From contig CM119265.1 in assembly GCA_051294375.1 (NCBI GenBank), positions 9,558,339-9,622,338 on the forward strand: a stretch of DNA of 64,000 nt, in the 5' to 3' direction. How positions within the stretch are numbered: position 1 is the first letter of the stretch; every line of letters starts with the position of its first letter. The notes beneath the pieces were generated by a model. That model ran no database searches, was not told the DNA's origin, and saw only the letters and a list, made by a program, of their open reading frames with translations. The DNA comes from Paraspadella gotoi (Eukaryota; Animalia; Chaetognatha). Of the stretch, positions 45,892 through 58,256 are shown one piece after another. A program made the translations under genes and the position numbers.

Positions 45892-48800
45892 TCACAAGAG
45901 TGTGAGCATGTGTTGTGATTGGCCCTGTGGTGGCATTTCGTCGTAGTAGGAGTTGACAATATCCCTTTCGCTGACGATGACTTCGCCAAAGAGTTTTTGG
46001 ATTAAGAAGGACGCCGTACTCTGAGAACCGGACGATAAGTACTTTTTACGACACAATCACAGTATTCTTTAATGTAATTAGGAAAAAGAGAAACTACAAA
46101 TCAAATCGGTTGTGGTACCCTTGACAAAGCTTCGTATTCTTCCGTGTCGATTCCGTCCGGATCGCGACGCTTGTGATAGACGTCAATATATAAGATGCAA
46201 TCAGACTGAAATTTAGTCCGCATTGGCTCCAGAAGAACCTTGTCAAAATCTTGCACAAAGTTTTTCCGATTGAGGACTTCGCCTTCGTCCGTTTCCAACT
46301 GGGGAGTGAAACGATTTTAACGCCAACATTCTTTAACTGGGCGACTCGGTCAGCAATAACCTGCAAGTAAGCGAACTTCAGCTTCTCCAAGTGCGGCAGG
46401 TACGCCAATAAGTCCAGGCGCAAGAAAAACTGTGATACTTCGCCTGGGGTTGCCTTCATCTCGAGTTGACGCAGGTTAGGACAGTTAAGGAATACGAATC
46501 TAGAATGAATCAAGGCTTTAAATAAATGATTAAAAAAACTGACAGCCTTCCGGCTATTTTGCCATTCAGTAAACCTGGCCAAGTCGTTTGTTATGGGCTT
46601 GTTGGAATTCAGTTTTAGCACCTCCAACCCGCTCCAAAACGGCAACTCCCTCAAGTTCAGTCCCTCGGGCGTCCGCTTGTTCTGAAGAATAATATCGGGC
46701 GTGTAGATCTCCAGGGTGAGCTGGCGAATCTCCGAAAACAGGGAAAGAATGTTAACAATGTTTCGAGTGTTGGTCGCGACGTTAGACGAATCAACGTTCA
46801 GTAGCAGGTCGTTAAGTTTGGAACCGAAGGTTTTGTGGGGTTTGGACAAAGGAGCTGACTCGACAACGCTGTTTGGCGAGAAAAAAAAATTAACATTGGT
46901 AAAGATGAAAAGGGTTAAAAAAAAAAGCATTTCAGGAAACCTCTGAAAGTCGATTTCGAGACTGAGCAAATCTTTGAATTCGCCAATGAGCTTCTGCATT
47001 CGTTGCCAATCGCCGTCGGTGAAGAGCGGAAAGGTTCCACCGCTCACGTCCATGCTGGAACCTAAGACGAAAAAAAATTATCATTATAAATATTTGTTCG
47101 TCATTCCATCAACTCTGAACAACCTTCAACAATTGCGGAGAATACGTCTTCAAACTCCACGAATCCCACGTCGATGTAGGCCGTCTTGTTTAACTCCAAC
47201 AACGGATGCCTTTTTTTTAATAATACGCGAAAAGTTACTCAAAAAGTTAGGAACGTAATATTTTATAATTTATAACCTTCGCGCCGCATGGCCGAAATAA
47301 TCGAGGAGATTGACGATCGTCAACGACTTTTTAAGACTCTCTTCGTCGCTCAGAACGAGGCTGAAAAAGGTCAACTTGGGCGACAAATTCTGACGGTAAA
47401 AAAAAAATTTTACGAAAAATACAATTTTTTTCCAAAGAATTAAATAAAAGATCCGCTTTAATTAAATTTTTAAGAGAATAATCGTTATGAATCAGAAATC
47501 AAAATAAACTATGCAGAAATAGTCTCTTTAAGCTTCGGATTTTACGTGCGGACACCGTACCGGGATATCAACGGTTTGGTTGAGATTAAGTTAACAATTT
47601 AAATAAAAATTTTGATTGTTCAACCTGGAAAGGATTCTCGGTGACATTAGCGTCTCCGTCCTCCAAGACAGAGAGAGTGATGTCGAGGTACTGGAGTTTT
47701 TGGAGCCTCTTGACGAGCCGACCCAAAGTCGTAAAATCACCCAGAATCCAAACATCCAATCGGGTAAGGTGACTGCAACAAAGGTTTGTTAAATATATAG
47801 AACATCATAGAACATCCCTAATTAATTAAAAATAATTTTTAAATGCAAGACTTTCACCAGAGATTGCTGTGAGGATCGGAGAAGAGACACTCCAAAACGC
47901 CAGCGCTCAACTTGTTGCCGATGATGAGCGACTGTAGGTTGGGACAGTAGGTCAGAGAGCGCATCTTTGGCGCCAAGTCGTCCCCCACGAGCGAGGTGGC
48001 GTGATTGGGCGACTCCCAGACGGCATCGCTGTTTTCAACCGACCGAAAAGTGAACTGGAGGTGAGTTAGCGCCGTGAAATGTCGAAACATGTCCACGTTT
48101 TCCATCGTCATGCACTGAGACAGTGAAAAAAAAAGGGAAACAGATTTTGGTAGCAAAATATTAAGTTTCGCTATTGAAACGATCCATGCGCTTCACTGAA
48201 TTTTAAACGGACCTGAACGTCGAGGACTTTGAGACGTTTGGAAATGCCGTGAAAGATGAAGGCTTCGAGGATGATGGCCGTCGCGTTGTTGCAAAGATTG
48301 AGGTACGCCGCCTGAAGATTCCCAAAACCCGCAAAGGCGTGAATGATGTGATGCCGTGTCGATTTGGGTTGTTGCGCAGGCTGAACAATATCTGTAGTTT
48401 CCTCCATTATCGCAGGTCGCGGGGACACAGTAAGGTTGATGGGCTGAGGGGTCGACGACTTTGGAATTGCCAAGGCCGGCGGCGCCGACGCACGACGCTT
48501 AGAGGGTAACTCGGCAGAGGGTTCGGACTGCGGGAAGAGTGAAGAGGAGGATGCCGGCATCGCTGGAAGAGATAGGTGAGGCAAGACCGGAGGATCGTCC
48601 GAGACCGGCGCCTCTTTGAATGGCAAAGGAGGCGGGGGAGGCGGAGGTGGTGGTGAAGGCGTAAAAAAAAAATGTGAAGTATTCGGCGGCGGCGAGGGCT
48701 GCGGTGGCCTTAACAAAGATGCGACTGGAAATGTTGAGTTCGATCGGGAAGGCAAGGGATTGAGAGGCGGAGTCGCTGGATGAGAAGGATTAGAATCTTT

Positions 48801-50030
48801 ACATTCCAAAATATCAAATCTTTCTCCCGGCTCACGGCACTTATCATCGGGATTCTGCATGCCGTTATAGTCATCATTGTCATTAAGTTTATGATCGTCG
48901 CCAAAGCGGTTATTCTGGCCGTGACCGTCATTCTTTTCTATGAGGCCGTCTTCATTTCCACAATGATTATTGCGATTACCACGGGGAGAGTTGTCATCAT
49001 TGTCTTGACCGTCGTCAAAGAGGTCATCTTGCCCATTGTCTTGGGCGTGGTTAACAAGTTCGCCTTTCTCGACTTGGCCCTCATCGTCCTCTTGTCCATC
49101 GTGCTGGTGGGCGACAGCTTGCGCGAAGAGATCGTTAAGGACGTTTATTCCATCCGCATCCACAACATCATCTTCCTCAGCCCCTTCTTCTTCCTCACCC
49201 CCTTCTTCTTCCTCACCCCCTTCTTCTTCCTCATCCCCTTCTTCTTCCTCATCCCCTTCTTCCTCATCATCCCCTTCTTCGACCACGTCTCCATAATGAG
49301 GAGGTCGGTAGAAATCGGAGAGTTTCTTTCTCCGGTCGGAAATGGCGACAGTGATGGCCAGGGCAGTGAGTCTATGACAGCAACGTCCGATCATCGCCAA
49401 GTCCTCGCAAAGTCTTGGCATGCACTTTTGATGGCGGACGACGATGTCCAGATTGCGGACTTCGGCAAAAGTTTTCGACACAAAGGATTCCTGACGATGA
49501 TTATAAATAGGTAACAAAACGCAAAACTTAAAAAAAGTTTTCAAAACATTGGGCGAAAAACATACCTTAAATCGCCATCCCTCTCCCCAGTGAAACCAGG
49601 CCGTCCTGTTCTTCCAAATGGACTTGTCAACGGCGAGGTTGTGCCATTTCTTTGAGACCAACGCGGCTCCACGAAGTAGCGTCGCCGGCGGAACGAAAGA
49701 GAAGATCATGAGCAGCACCTCGTCGGGCAGATCGTCCACGTGCGGCCCGGAGGAGCAGGAGTCGTCGGAGGTGGATTCGTCGAGCGTAAAAGCGTCGAGG
49801 TTTTCGTCGGGCGAATTCTCGACGGTCTCGTTAGCGGCGTCGAACTCAGCGCGAGTCTTTCCGAGAACGAGAAAGCGATCGCGGTCTTCGAGGTTGCGGC
49901 AGGGATGATTTGTCGCGCCCTCTGAAGATTTTTCGCTTCGCAAATCGGCGAAGAGCGACGAAGAGGAACCGACGGACGAGGAGTCCCCACACTCCATTGT
50001 CTCGTCCTTGGGATTGTCGGTTATCGCCAT
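45892..50030 (-). CDS. F-box protein with acidic and Pro-rich inserts and a degenerate LRR-like C-terminal region; 3' end approximate
   Basis: F-box 'VDDLPDEVLLMIFSFVPPATLLRGAALVSKKWHNLAVDKSIW'. Downstream LxxLxL segments ('CPNLQSLIIG', 'CPNLRQLEM', 'LPHLEKL'). Confidence 0.75.
49170..49280 (-). repeat. Coding 15-18-bp tandem repeat encoding (EEEEG[D/G])n
   Basis: Repeated ccccttcttcttcctca units within the F-box gene. Confidence 0.85.
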
Positions 50031-50297
50031 TAGTATTTCGAAAATCTTATGTTTTTTTCCTCAACCTATTTTTTCTCGCGCGTCGGCGCGAAAACCTAAA
50101 ATTGTAACGAGAAATAAAAAAAAAAACTATCACTGAAATTCCGATCACAGCTAAAAGTTCCAAAGTTAAAACAAACGAGGGTTTTGATAACCTTCAATTG
50201 AAAACAAGGCAATTCGTGAAATAAAAAAATTAGAATAAAACTTTTCGGTTGACTAACGGACATCGCGTCACGTGACAAATATGTCCAATTGTCACAC

Positions 50298-53200
50298 TTA
50301 TTCGTCTTTGTAATCCCAAGCATATCGAGGATGTCCTTTGGGATTGACGCATCTCCCAACGATTAGAGACTGAATGACCCATTCGGTGCTGACCACGGGC
50401 ACGCCGGCGTTCACAGCGCCGGAGACGATGGCAGCGCCGCAAGTTTCGTCGGCGACGACGGCGTCGACGCTGAGAAGAATTTCAGGTTTGAGCAAGGAGC
50501 CGGGCGCGACTGGAACGACGCGAGACGCGCCGGCGCCGCGGAGAACCGGCGTCCACGTTGAAGGGAACGATGGCTCCTGTGAGAAAGCAGGATGAGAATG
50601 ATACTGACTGATGAAAATATGAATTCTTCGATCTATTAATGTCTTACTTCAGAACTAAGCACAAATTTTTTTTCCTTAAAGATCCCCGGCAAGTTGGCGA
50701 TTCCGCCAGCGCCTGAGGGCTGCTCGACGAGCGACTCTGACTCGATGTTTAGGCCGCGGGGCAGAAGATATTTTCGAAAATCTAGGAGAGAGTTAGCGCT
50801 TGAAGAGTCGACGATCCAGACGTGAGAAACGCAGGGGATTGAAAAGGCTGGGATGTGGAACAAGTACGTAAATATAATCGACGATTTAGTGATAAGGTGT
50901 GGACGCAACAAGTTTCAGAGTAAGAATGAACTAAAAACTCACCCAAAGCGTTAATGTACTTGGCAGTGCGACAAAACGTGTTGGCAACACAAAAAGTCTT
51001 CAATTTTTTCAGCAAACCAAGCGACATTGTCTCGGATTGACAAAAGATGGCGCCACCACCAGCGCGAATCTGTGCCGACAAATGACCTGAAATGAATATA
51101 ACGCTAAAAACATTTCTTGAAAACCAGACGGACCTCTCCCAGAGCTTTGATAATTTGTAGCCCACAAGCACCTTTAACAAACTTGATCTGCCTACGTTCT
51201 AGGCCTTCATCGTCCGTCTCCGAATCGGTCGACGCATCCTTGGGTCGCGGCGCCCGAATCTTTTCGCCGTGGGTGAGGAGAAAAGTAAGTGAGGCGAATA
51301 TGGGGCCGACCGGAAGAGGGCCGACATGGTCTTCAGACCCGGCGGACCTGGGCGTCGCTTGGGGCACCGTGACCGTCTTCGCCGAGTCGATGATCTCCTT
51401 GGAAACTTCGGCTTCACTCCGCTTCGACTCTTCAGAGTCGCTTCTCTTCCCTCTGGAAGGAGTAATTTTTTTGTCCAAAGGACCAGAGGATTTGGCGGGA
51501 GTTTTTTTGGTCGTCGTCGGCGTCGAATTGGCGCGGCGAGAAGGAGTGCTGTTGAATCCTTTTGCTCGGGGAGAAGAGATTTGGCGCGAAAGAGAATGCT
51601 GCTCGCGACGAGGCGTTCGGGTGACGGACGAAATAAGCGCTGCGTCGCCTTTTAACTTCAAAGTCGACTCTCTCTTCGGGGTTCCAGCGGAGCCAACGCC
51701 GAGACGAGCGCCTTTCGGCGTCGACGGCGTCTCCTTGGAAAAGTTTCTTTTCCGCGAACTCATCGGCGAAGAAGCGTTTCCCGAAGATGATGCCGGTTTC
51801 TCGGCAGTCGGCGTTGAAGGCGTCGTCGTAGGACGCCGCCGTTTGCCGGAGAGAACATTGTCGAGGCTTATTCCACTCACGCCCTCTAACGGCGGAGGAT
51901 CGAAACTGGATACGGCGCCGGGAGCGAGAAGCGGCAAAGCCTGATGCGAAGTAAGAATGACCGATGCTCTGGGCACCGAAGCACTGGCTCCGTTTGACTT
52001 TCGTTCGACGACGTAACCGAGAGAAACGGAATTCGGCCTGGCACGAAAATGAAAAAAAGTTTTATAGCGGAAACTACTAAACAGAGCCGGTAGTAGACAA
52101 ACCTTTCCCGTGCCCTCTTTCTCACATGACCCAGAACAACGGCGGGTTCGAAAACGGGTTCTACAAAAACATCCGGATCTTGCATGGCTGAGGCATCCAC
52201 GGTTGCCATTACGTGACACCCTATTGGCAGAAGACGACGAAAAATAACGTCGCTACCTCTGACGACCCGGGTGTCACCGTCATCAAACAAGACGGTGAAA
52301 CGTGCGTTGGACAATTCGGATGGATCGACGGGAGGCTGAGAACATAGATACGTAGATGTATAGAGTATAGAATAAATAGCCAATACGTTAAGGCGGGCCA
52401 AAATTGATAACTTTTTATCATTAAGAGTTCTGTACAGTCCTAATAGATGATTTATAGTAATACGTTACAGTAATATGTTATTAACTATTCATAAAATTTT
52501 AATTTTTTTTTAAAATTTCGTTATTTATATTACAGAACTCTTAGTTTTTACTTTGTTCCTTCTTACTATACGTATATCTCTTGAATTAAATTTCGTAAAA
52601 AAATAGTGATCTCGCCAGACGTTACTATCAAAAAAAATTAATAAAACAATCCGGAAAAAAGAAGAATGATTGATGCAATAACAAATTATTGATCTAATAG
52701 TTATTGATTGATTGATGTAATAGTAATTGATTGATTGATGTAATATTAATAAGATGATTGATTGATTTAATAATAATTAATTGATCTAATAATAATTGAT
52801 TGATATAATAGTAATTGATTATTGATGCGATTATAACTAAATATTGATACGATTATAACCAAATATTGATGCGATGATAACCAAATATTGATGCAATAAC
52901 CAAATCATTGATGCGACGATAGTCATCATTTGATGCGATAATAATCATTCATTGACGCGATGAGTCATTCATCATAAATAAAACAAACAAATACGTGTAT
53001 GAGTGAAAGAGAGAAAGAGAAAGAGAAAAAGAAAAAGTGAGAGGGAGAAAAAAGAGAGATCGAAAAAAAAAAGCTGGACACCGTTGCAGAGCTTAACTCA
53101 TTTTTAACGAATCAGAAGAGGCAGCGATGAGAAAAAAAGAGAGAGCGACATATAATTAAAAGAGAAAAAGAGAAAGAGAAATTGGTAAAGAAGCGTAACG

Positions 53201-56200
53201 ACAACGCCGACGGCACAAAGAAGCAATTCTTAACGATTATCACGCCTCGCCTAAGCCCGTCTGGCGAGATAAAAAACTTCAGGGACCCACCTCAATGATT
53301 TCATAGATTTTTCCGGGATAAAAAAAACCGTCCCCCGACCATTTGGCGAGAATTAAAGAGCCGACCTCCGGTTCCGTCACAACCGCTTCCTCATCCTCCA
53401 TCATGAACATCTCTTCCTCTTCTTCCTCGTACTCGACGACGACCGTATCCCTCGAACAGGAGCGCCTATCCCGCTCCAGTCTCGTTCTCGCGCAGGCTTT
53501 CAATCCTATCGATCTCTGGCTCGGAGTCTTGGGCTTGGCGCGGACGTGCCGCTCCGATCCTCGCCCGTCCGTCTCCATCTCCGTCTCGGGAATGCAATCA
53601 GATGCCGGAATCGTATTGGTCGAGTCGCCGGAACCGGAAGTGGAGACGGCGGTGGCAGAGAAGCGATCCGCTTCATTTTTATTCGACTCGGCGACATTCT
53701 CGTCGACTTCGCAAACTTCCACTCCGGCTCCGCGCAATGCCGCGCTCAGAGACAAAGGCGCAACGCTTCTTTGAGGAGAGAACGTGGCGGCTAAAGAACC
53801 CCCCGAGGTAGAACGGGAAGGAGGTTTCGAGGGAGGATCCATAGGGCGTTCGACGAGAGATGGGGTGTTGGGGTGGGCGAGGGGAGCATTTCGACGGCGA
53901 CTCGGAACCCGTTTAGATGCGGAGAGGGGCTCCCCGGTTTCGCTAGTGGATGTCGTGGTTTCCCCGTCGCGACGAACAGGCTTCAACGTGGACGGAGCGA
54001 GGGGTAACTCTCTGGTTGGACAAAGACAATAAAATGAAAACAAGAGAGAAGGATAGCAAAAAGAAAACAAATCTTGCCTGGCGAACAAGGGTCCCGTAGG
54101 TTTACCCGGCCTGAACAAGCTATCCTTGGAAGTTTTTGACGAATCGAGGGAGCTCGAGTCCGCGGTGTATCCCGCGCGTTTGTCCTTTCCCGAATCAGTC
54201 GCGCCGGAAATCGGCGATCCTGACGAATGATGTAAAAATCTTTTTTATTTAATTAAAATAAAAAGAACGAAGAAATTAAAACGAACCAATTTGGACATTC
54301 CAATCGTCCCGACCCTCTCGCGACCCAAGACCTCGGTTATCCTGGCCGATTTCGTCTACGGGATCCTCTTCCCACTCGGCGAAGGTCCTCTTCAACACTT
54401 TCATGTCTCGGGGACGGATCCACTCTTCCGTCACTTCCACGAAAATTCGCTTCGTCGTCTTTCGGTGAATAATCACGTCGTCCAAAGGGACATCGGGAGG
54501 CTAAAGGAATAAATACTTTCTACTGTAGTAAAACAATCAAAATACCAATGTTAAAACCGAATGTTTTAATCTTTCAACACCTCGTCAGTCCGCCCCTTTT
54601 TGTTCTTTTCTCTATCGTCCTCATCGCCGCTTCTTTGACGCTTGGCTTGTCGTCTCAGCGTCGCCACATGCGAAGCATCGTTGCGATTCCCATCATCCCG
54701 TCGCCGACCGCTGGCAACACAGTCGTCGGCGACATCAATTAGCGGCGTGGAGCTGGCGAGACGATACCTTCCGAGACTTGAATTACCGAGGGTCGGGAGA
54801 GAAGTATTGGCAGAGTTGTTACGACTGTGCGTTGCCTGAGCGTTGCATCTCGATGTCGCTGCCGCGGCGTCGGAGGTGTCCGACTCAGTAAGCGGCGCCA
54901 CGACGGCGCTGCCCTCGCGCAACATGGACGAACGGCGCCGAATCATTTCCATGCGTCGCGCCGCCGACACACGCTTCTTCGCCATACGGACGATGATACT
55001 GCTGCGGCGACGCTGTAAATTTCGGCGTGAATCATTAAGGCAAGTGACATTTTTCGGCTAAAATCGGGCAAGAAAAGGAATTTACCGATCTTTCTGGTAG
55101 CTTGGCCTTGAGCTGCTCATCCTGCATCCTCATCGCGGCTTTCGTCGTATTTGGTGCCTTCTCCCTTCGGCGTCGCTCCACGATCTTCGTAGGCGACGCG
55201 AAGGCGTTCGATTCCCGATCTTTTCCGCGTTGACTCAGGATTTTGTAGTCTACCTCTTTGCGTCGGCGCTTTAGCCGCACGACGCTTCTGAATAGTCGTG
55301 AAAGATTTCAAATTAATTACATTCATGTATTAGAAAGTCTATTGTATAAGTTTCTACTAACTTATTAATCCTCATCGTCTCCCCCGATTCCAGCGTCGCC
55401 AACTCGTCGTCGGCCAAAATAGTTTCCGGCACAGTTTCTGTTTGACTTCCGGTCACTGACCCCTCATCGGGATTCGCTTCGTCTTTGTTCGGTTTTAAGT
55501 TCTTGGCTGTCGATGCCGACGCGCCCACCGCCGCGGGTGCCGACGCTGACCGTTTGCATTCATCCTTCCTATGCTCCTCTCCCTTCCCCCTTTCGTCCTG
55601 TCTTGCGCCTTGAGAGGCGGCGAGGTAATTAATCGTGGAGGCGACGTCAGGGTTGACACTCGGAGAATCGAAAAGGTCCGCGGATTCTTTCGCATTTCTA
55701 AGAGGAGGCTGGATGGGATGAACGGAACACTCCTGGACAATCGACGGCTGAGTAGTTTCGGGTTGAGATGGCGAGAGTTGATGGGTTCGTCGGTGATAAC
55801 TTTCGTCTACGAAACGATTCCTCTTCACTTCGTCTTTCTCTTCTTGGGAATCGGGTTCTTGAGACGGCGGTCCAGGACGAGGCATGTCGATATCGAGGTC
55901 GTCTCTTTCGTCATCTTTTTCGTAAGAAGGGGACATCGTAATGGAGGCAGCGAGCCTGTCAGGAGTGTCGACGTCGACTTTAATAAATTCCGGACGCTGA
56001 TCCGATTCCTTCTCCGCTGAAGCGATCTCTCTTCCAATGCTGCTTTCTTTGGAAGATCGACGTTTTAATTCTTCCAGTCTGTTCTTCGACACGAAACGCT
56101 GCCCGTGTCTTCTTTTGTCTTCCGCTCCTGGGGCGGGATTTTCTCCGGTCGTTTCCGAGACGGACGAATCGGCGCCGGAAGTGGTGGTGGCTGCGACGGC

Positions 56201-57009
56201 GGTCAAGGCGTCGGAAACAAGGTGGGCGCCGGGAGAACTGTCGACGTTAGGGGATGGAGGAGAGACATTGCGAAGATCTTCGCGAGGAGGGTCGCCGACT
56301 CCGAGATTCGGACAAATTGCGTCGCCGAAAATGTCGACAAGGCTGTCGTTGCTGACGAAAGCGTCGCGATCGTAGACTGGTTCATTGACGGGAATCTTGA
56401 GCGTAGAGTCTTCGGAATCGTTCGCGAGAGAAGAAGGGATCACGTTGTCAGCGTTGGAGTCTCCGCTTTGATTCAAATCGCGAGTCGAAGACGCAGCGTT
56501 GTTTTCACATATTTCGCCAGAGTCTTCGATCGAACGAGAAGTCGTTTTAGCGCTTTCGTGGATTTTCTTCTCCATCTCAGAATCATCTTTATCATCATCA
56601 TGGACATCGTCTCCTTGCTCCATTTCGTTTTCTTTTCCCTCGGCGTCGCTCTGAACGGCTTCGAGACAGCAACGACCCTCGACGATGGGTTTCGGCAGCG
56701 AAGGACCCGAAGAGCAGATCGTCTTCACGCTTTTCGAGTCGGAATCCGAGGAAGGCTGCGCGACGGAAGGATCGAGACGGCGGTTTAACTAGGAAGGGAA
56801 AGAACGCCCGTCAGGTTTGTCGCTCGTTTTTTAACTTGAGAAAATCTTACTTGGGTCAAATCTTGAAGGAAGTGCTCATGGACTCGCGCATCTCGCTTCT
56901 CGGGACTCGGTTGAGAGTTTTGAACTAGAAAACAGGCCGAAGACGAGGTGCCAGAAAAACGGAGGCTCGAGTCCAATGGAACCTCGTCCTCGTCGGAGGA
57001 CAACTCCAT
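50298..57009 (-). CDS. TP53BP1: TP53-binding protein 1 (53BP1) ortholog
   Basis: Long disordered SQ/TQ-containing N-terminus. Tandem Tudor 'ILAKWSGDGFFYPGKI...FTVLFDDGDTRVV'. Tandem BRCT 'FASLTFLLT', 'CRTAKYINAL..IPCVSHVWIVDS', 'VPVVSTEWVIQSLIVG..HPRY..DY'. Confidence 0.88.
52605..53277 (+). mobile_element. Helentron/HINE-like element in a TP53BP1 intron
   Basis: tctcgccagacg (52610-52621) is inverted to cgtctggcgaga (53258-53269). 3' hairpin ctcgcc/ggcgag plus an A-tract. Minisatellite and body are shared with 13735-15267. Confidence 0.6.
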
Positions 57010-57701
57010 CGTTCCCCTTGAAGGAGAAACGTTGCGTATGTACGAAAAAGAAAAGTAATGCGCGGGATAAAGAAACAATTGGAACATAAATAAAAAAGTT
57101 AATTGAAATATAAAATAAACAAAGAAAAGGAAAACAAATTAAGTATTCTCTATCGTTGATCGACGACTGTTTTCGAGGCCCTCGCGAAGAAACAAAGGGA
57201 CAGGAAATTAGATTCTCTAAAGTAAACACGGATTTTAGATTGTCAAGCGGAATCATTATCGCTTTCGTTAATATTAATTAAAATTTTTAATGATTTTTAT
57301 GTTTATATCGCTAAAGTACTCGTACTCTGACAATTAAACTAAAATAATTTCGATGCTATTTAGATTTTATTCGTGTAAATTTGTTGTAAAATTTTTTTAT
57401 TTGACGTAACAACTCTGCGACTCATTTTTAAAATAAACTAATATAAATTCAATTTTCAACCATTTAAATCTCATCAGACGTTATGAAAATACAAAACGTT
57501 TTATATCTAATTATCAAAGTCGCATGCGGATGAATATACTATGCTAAAGTATTCTAAAAAATGTTAAACAACACACTCCCTTGATTGTGCACTCGCTTAT
57601 ATCTAAAAGCGCGAAAACTTGACTAAATTTGTTTGCAGAACTTGAAATTGAGTTTCGTATGAGTCGGCGCGTCAGAAAACAAAGGCCACGAGATTTCTCT
57701 A

Positions 57702-58214
57702 TCAATGTTTAAGCCTTTTTCGCTGAGACCCGCCGCTTTCAACTCGCTCCTCCTTTCTACGCTTCACGCCTTGCGTCGTCGTCGAGGTCAAGGACGACGA
57801 CGCCCCTTTTCCCTTTCTTCCTTTATTCGATTTTCCCTTTGATTTTTGAGAGGACTCGTCCGCTTCGGCTGGGCTAGCGGGGACGGCGTCTACCGCATCC
57901 CGAGGGTCCACCCGAATAGCCACGCGTTTGCGAGCCCCGCCCGATGTTTGCCTCAACCTTAGTTTGATTGGCGACTGTCGGGTGGCGTTCGAGGTCGACG
58001 CGGAACACGACGAAGACGATTGAACGTTAGTATTTTTACTCTCCGCCATCTTAAGGGAGTGATAGTCCTTGGCCTCGGAAATCTCCACGGCGCCGCAGTC
58101 TTCTTCCTCGTACAAGTCGTCGCTATCTTCGTCTTCATCGTCGTTGGTCTCGACGCAATCGTCGTCGTTGTTGTCCTTTGGCGAAGGCGTCATCGACGTT
58201 TCCGATTCGTCACC

Positions 58215-58256
<42 letters not shown>

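Noticed and set aside
51117-56788. Long plus-strand ORFs opposite TP53BP1 (similar ones lie opposite the RTK, F-box and PRRC2 genes)
   Set aside because: They are antisense shadows of GC-rich coding exons with no recognisable domains.
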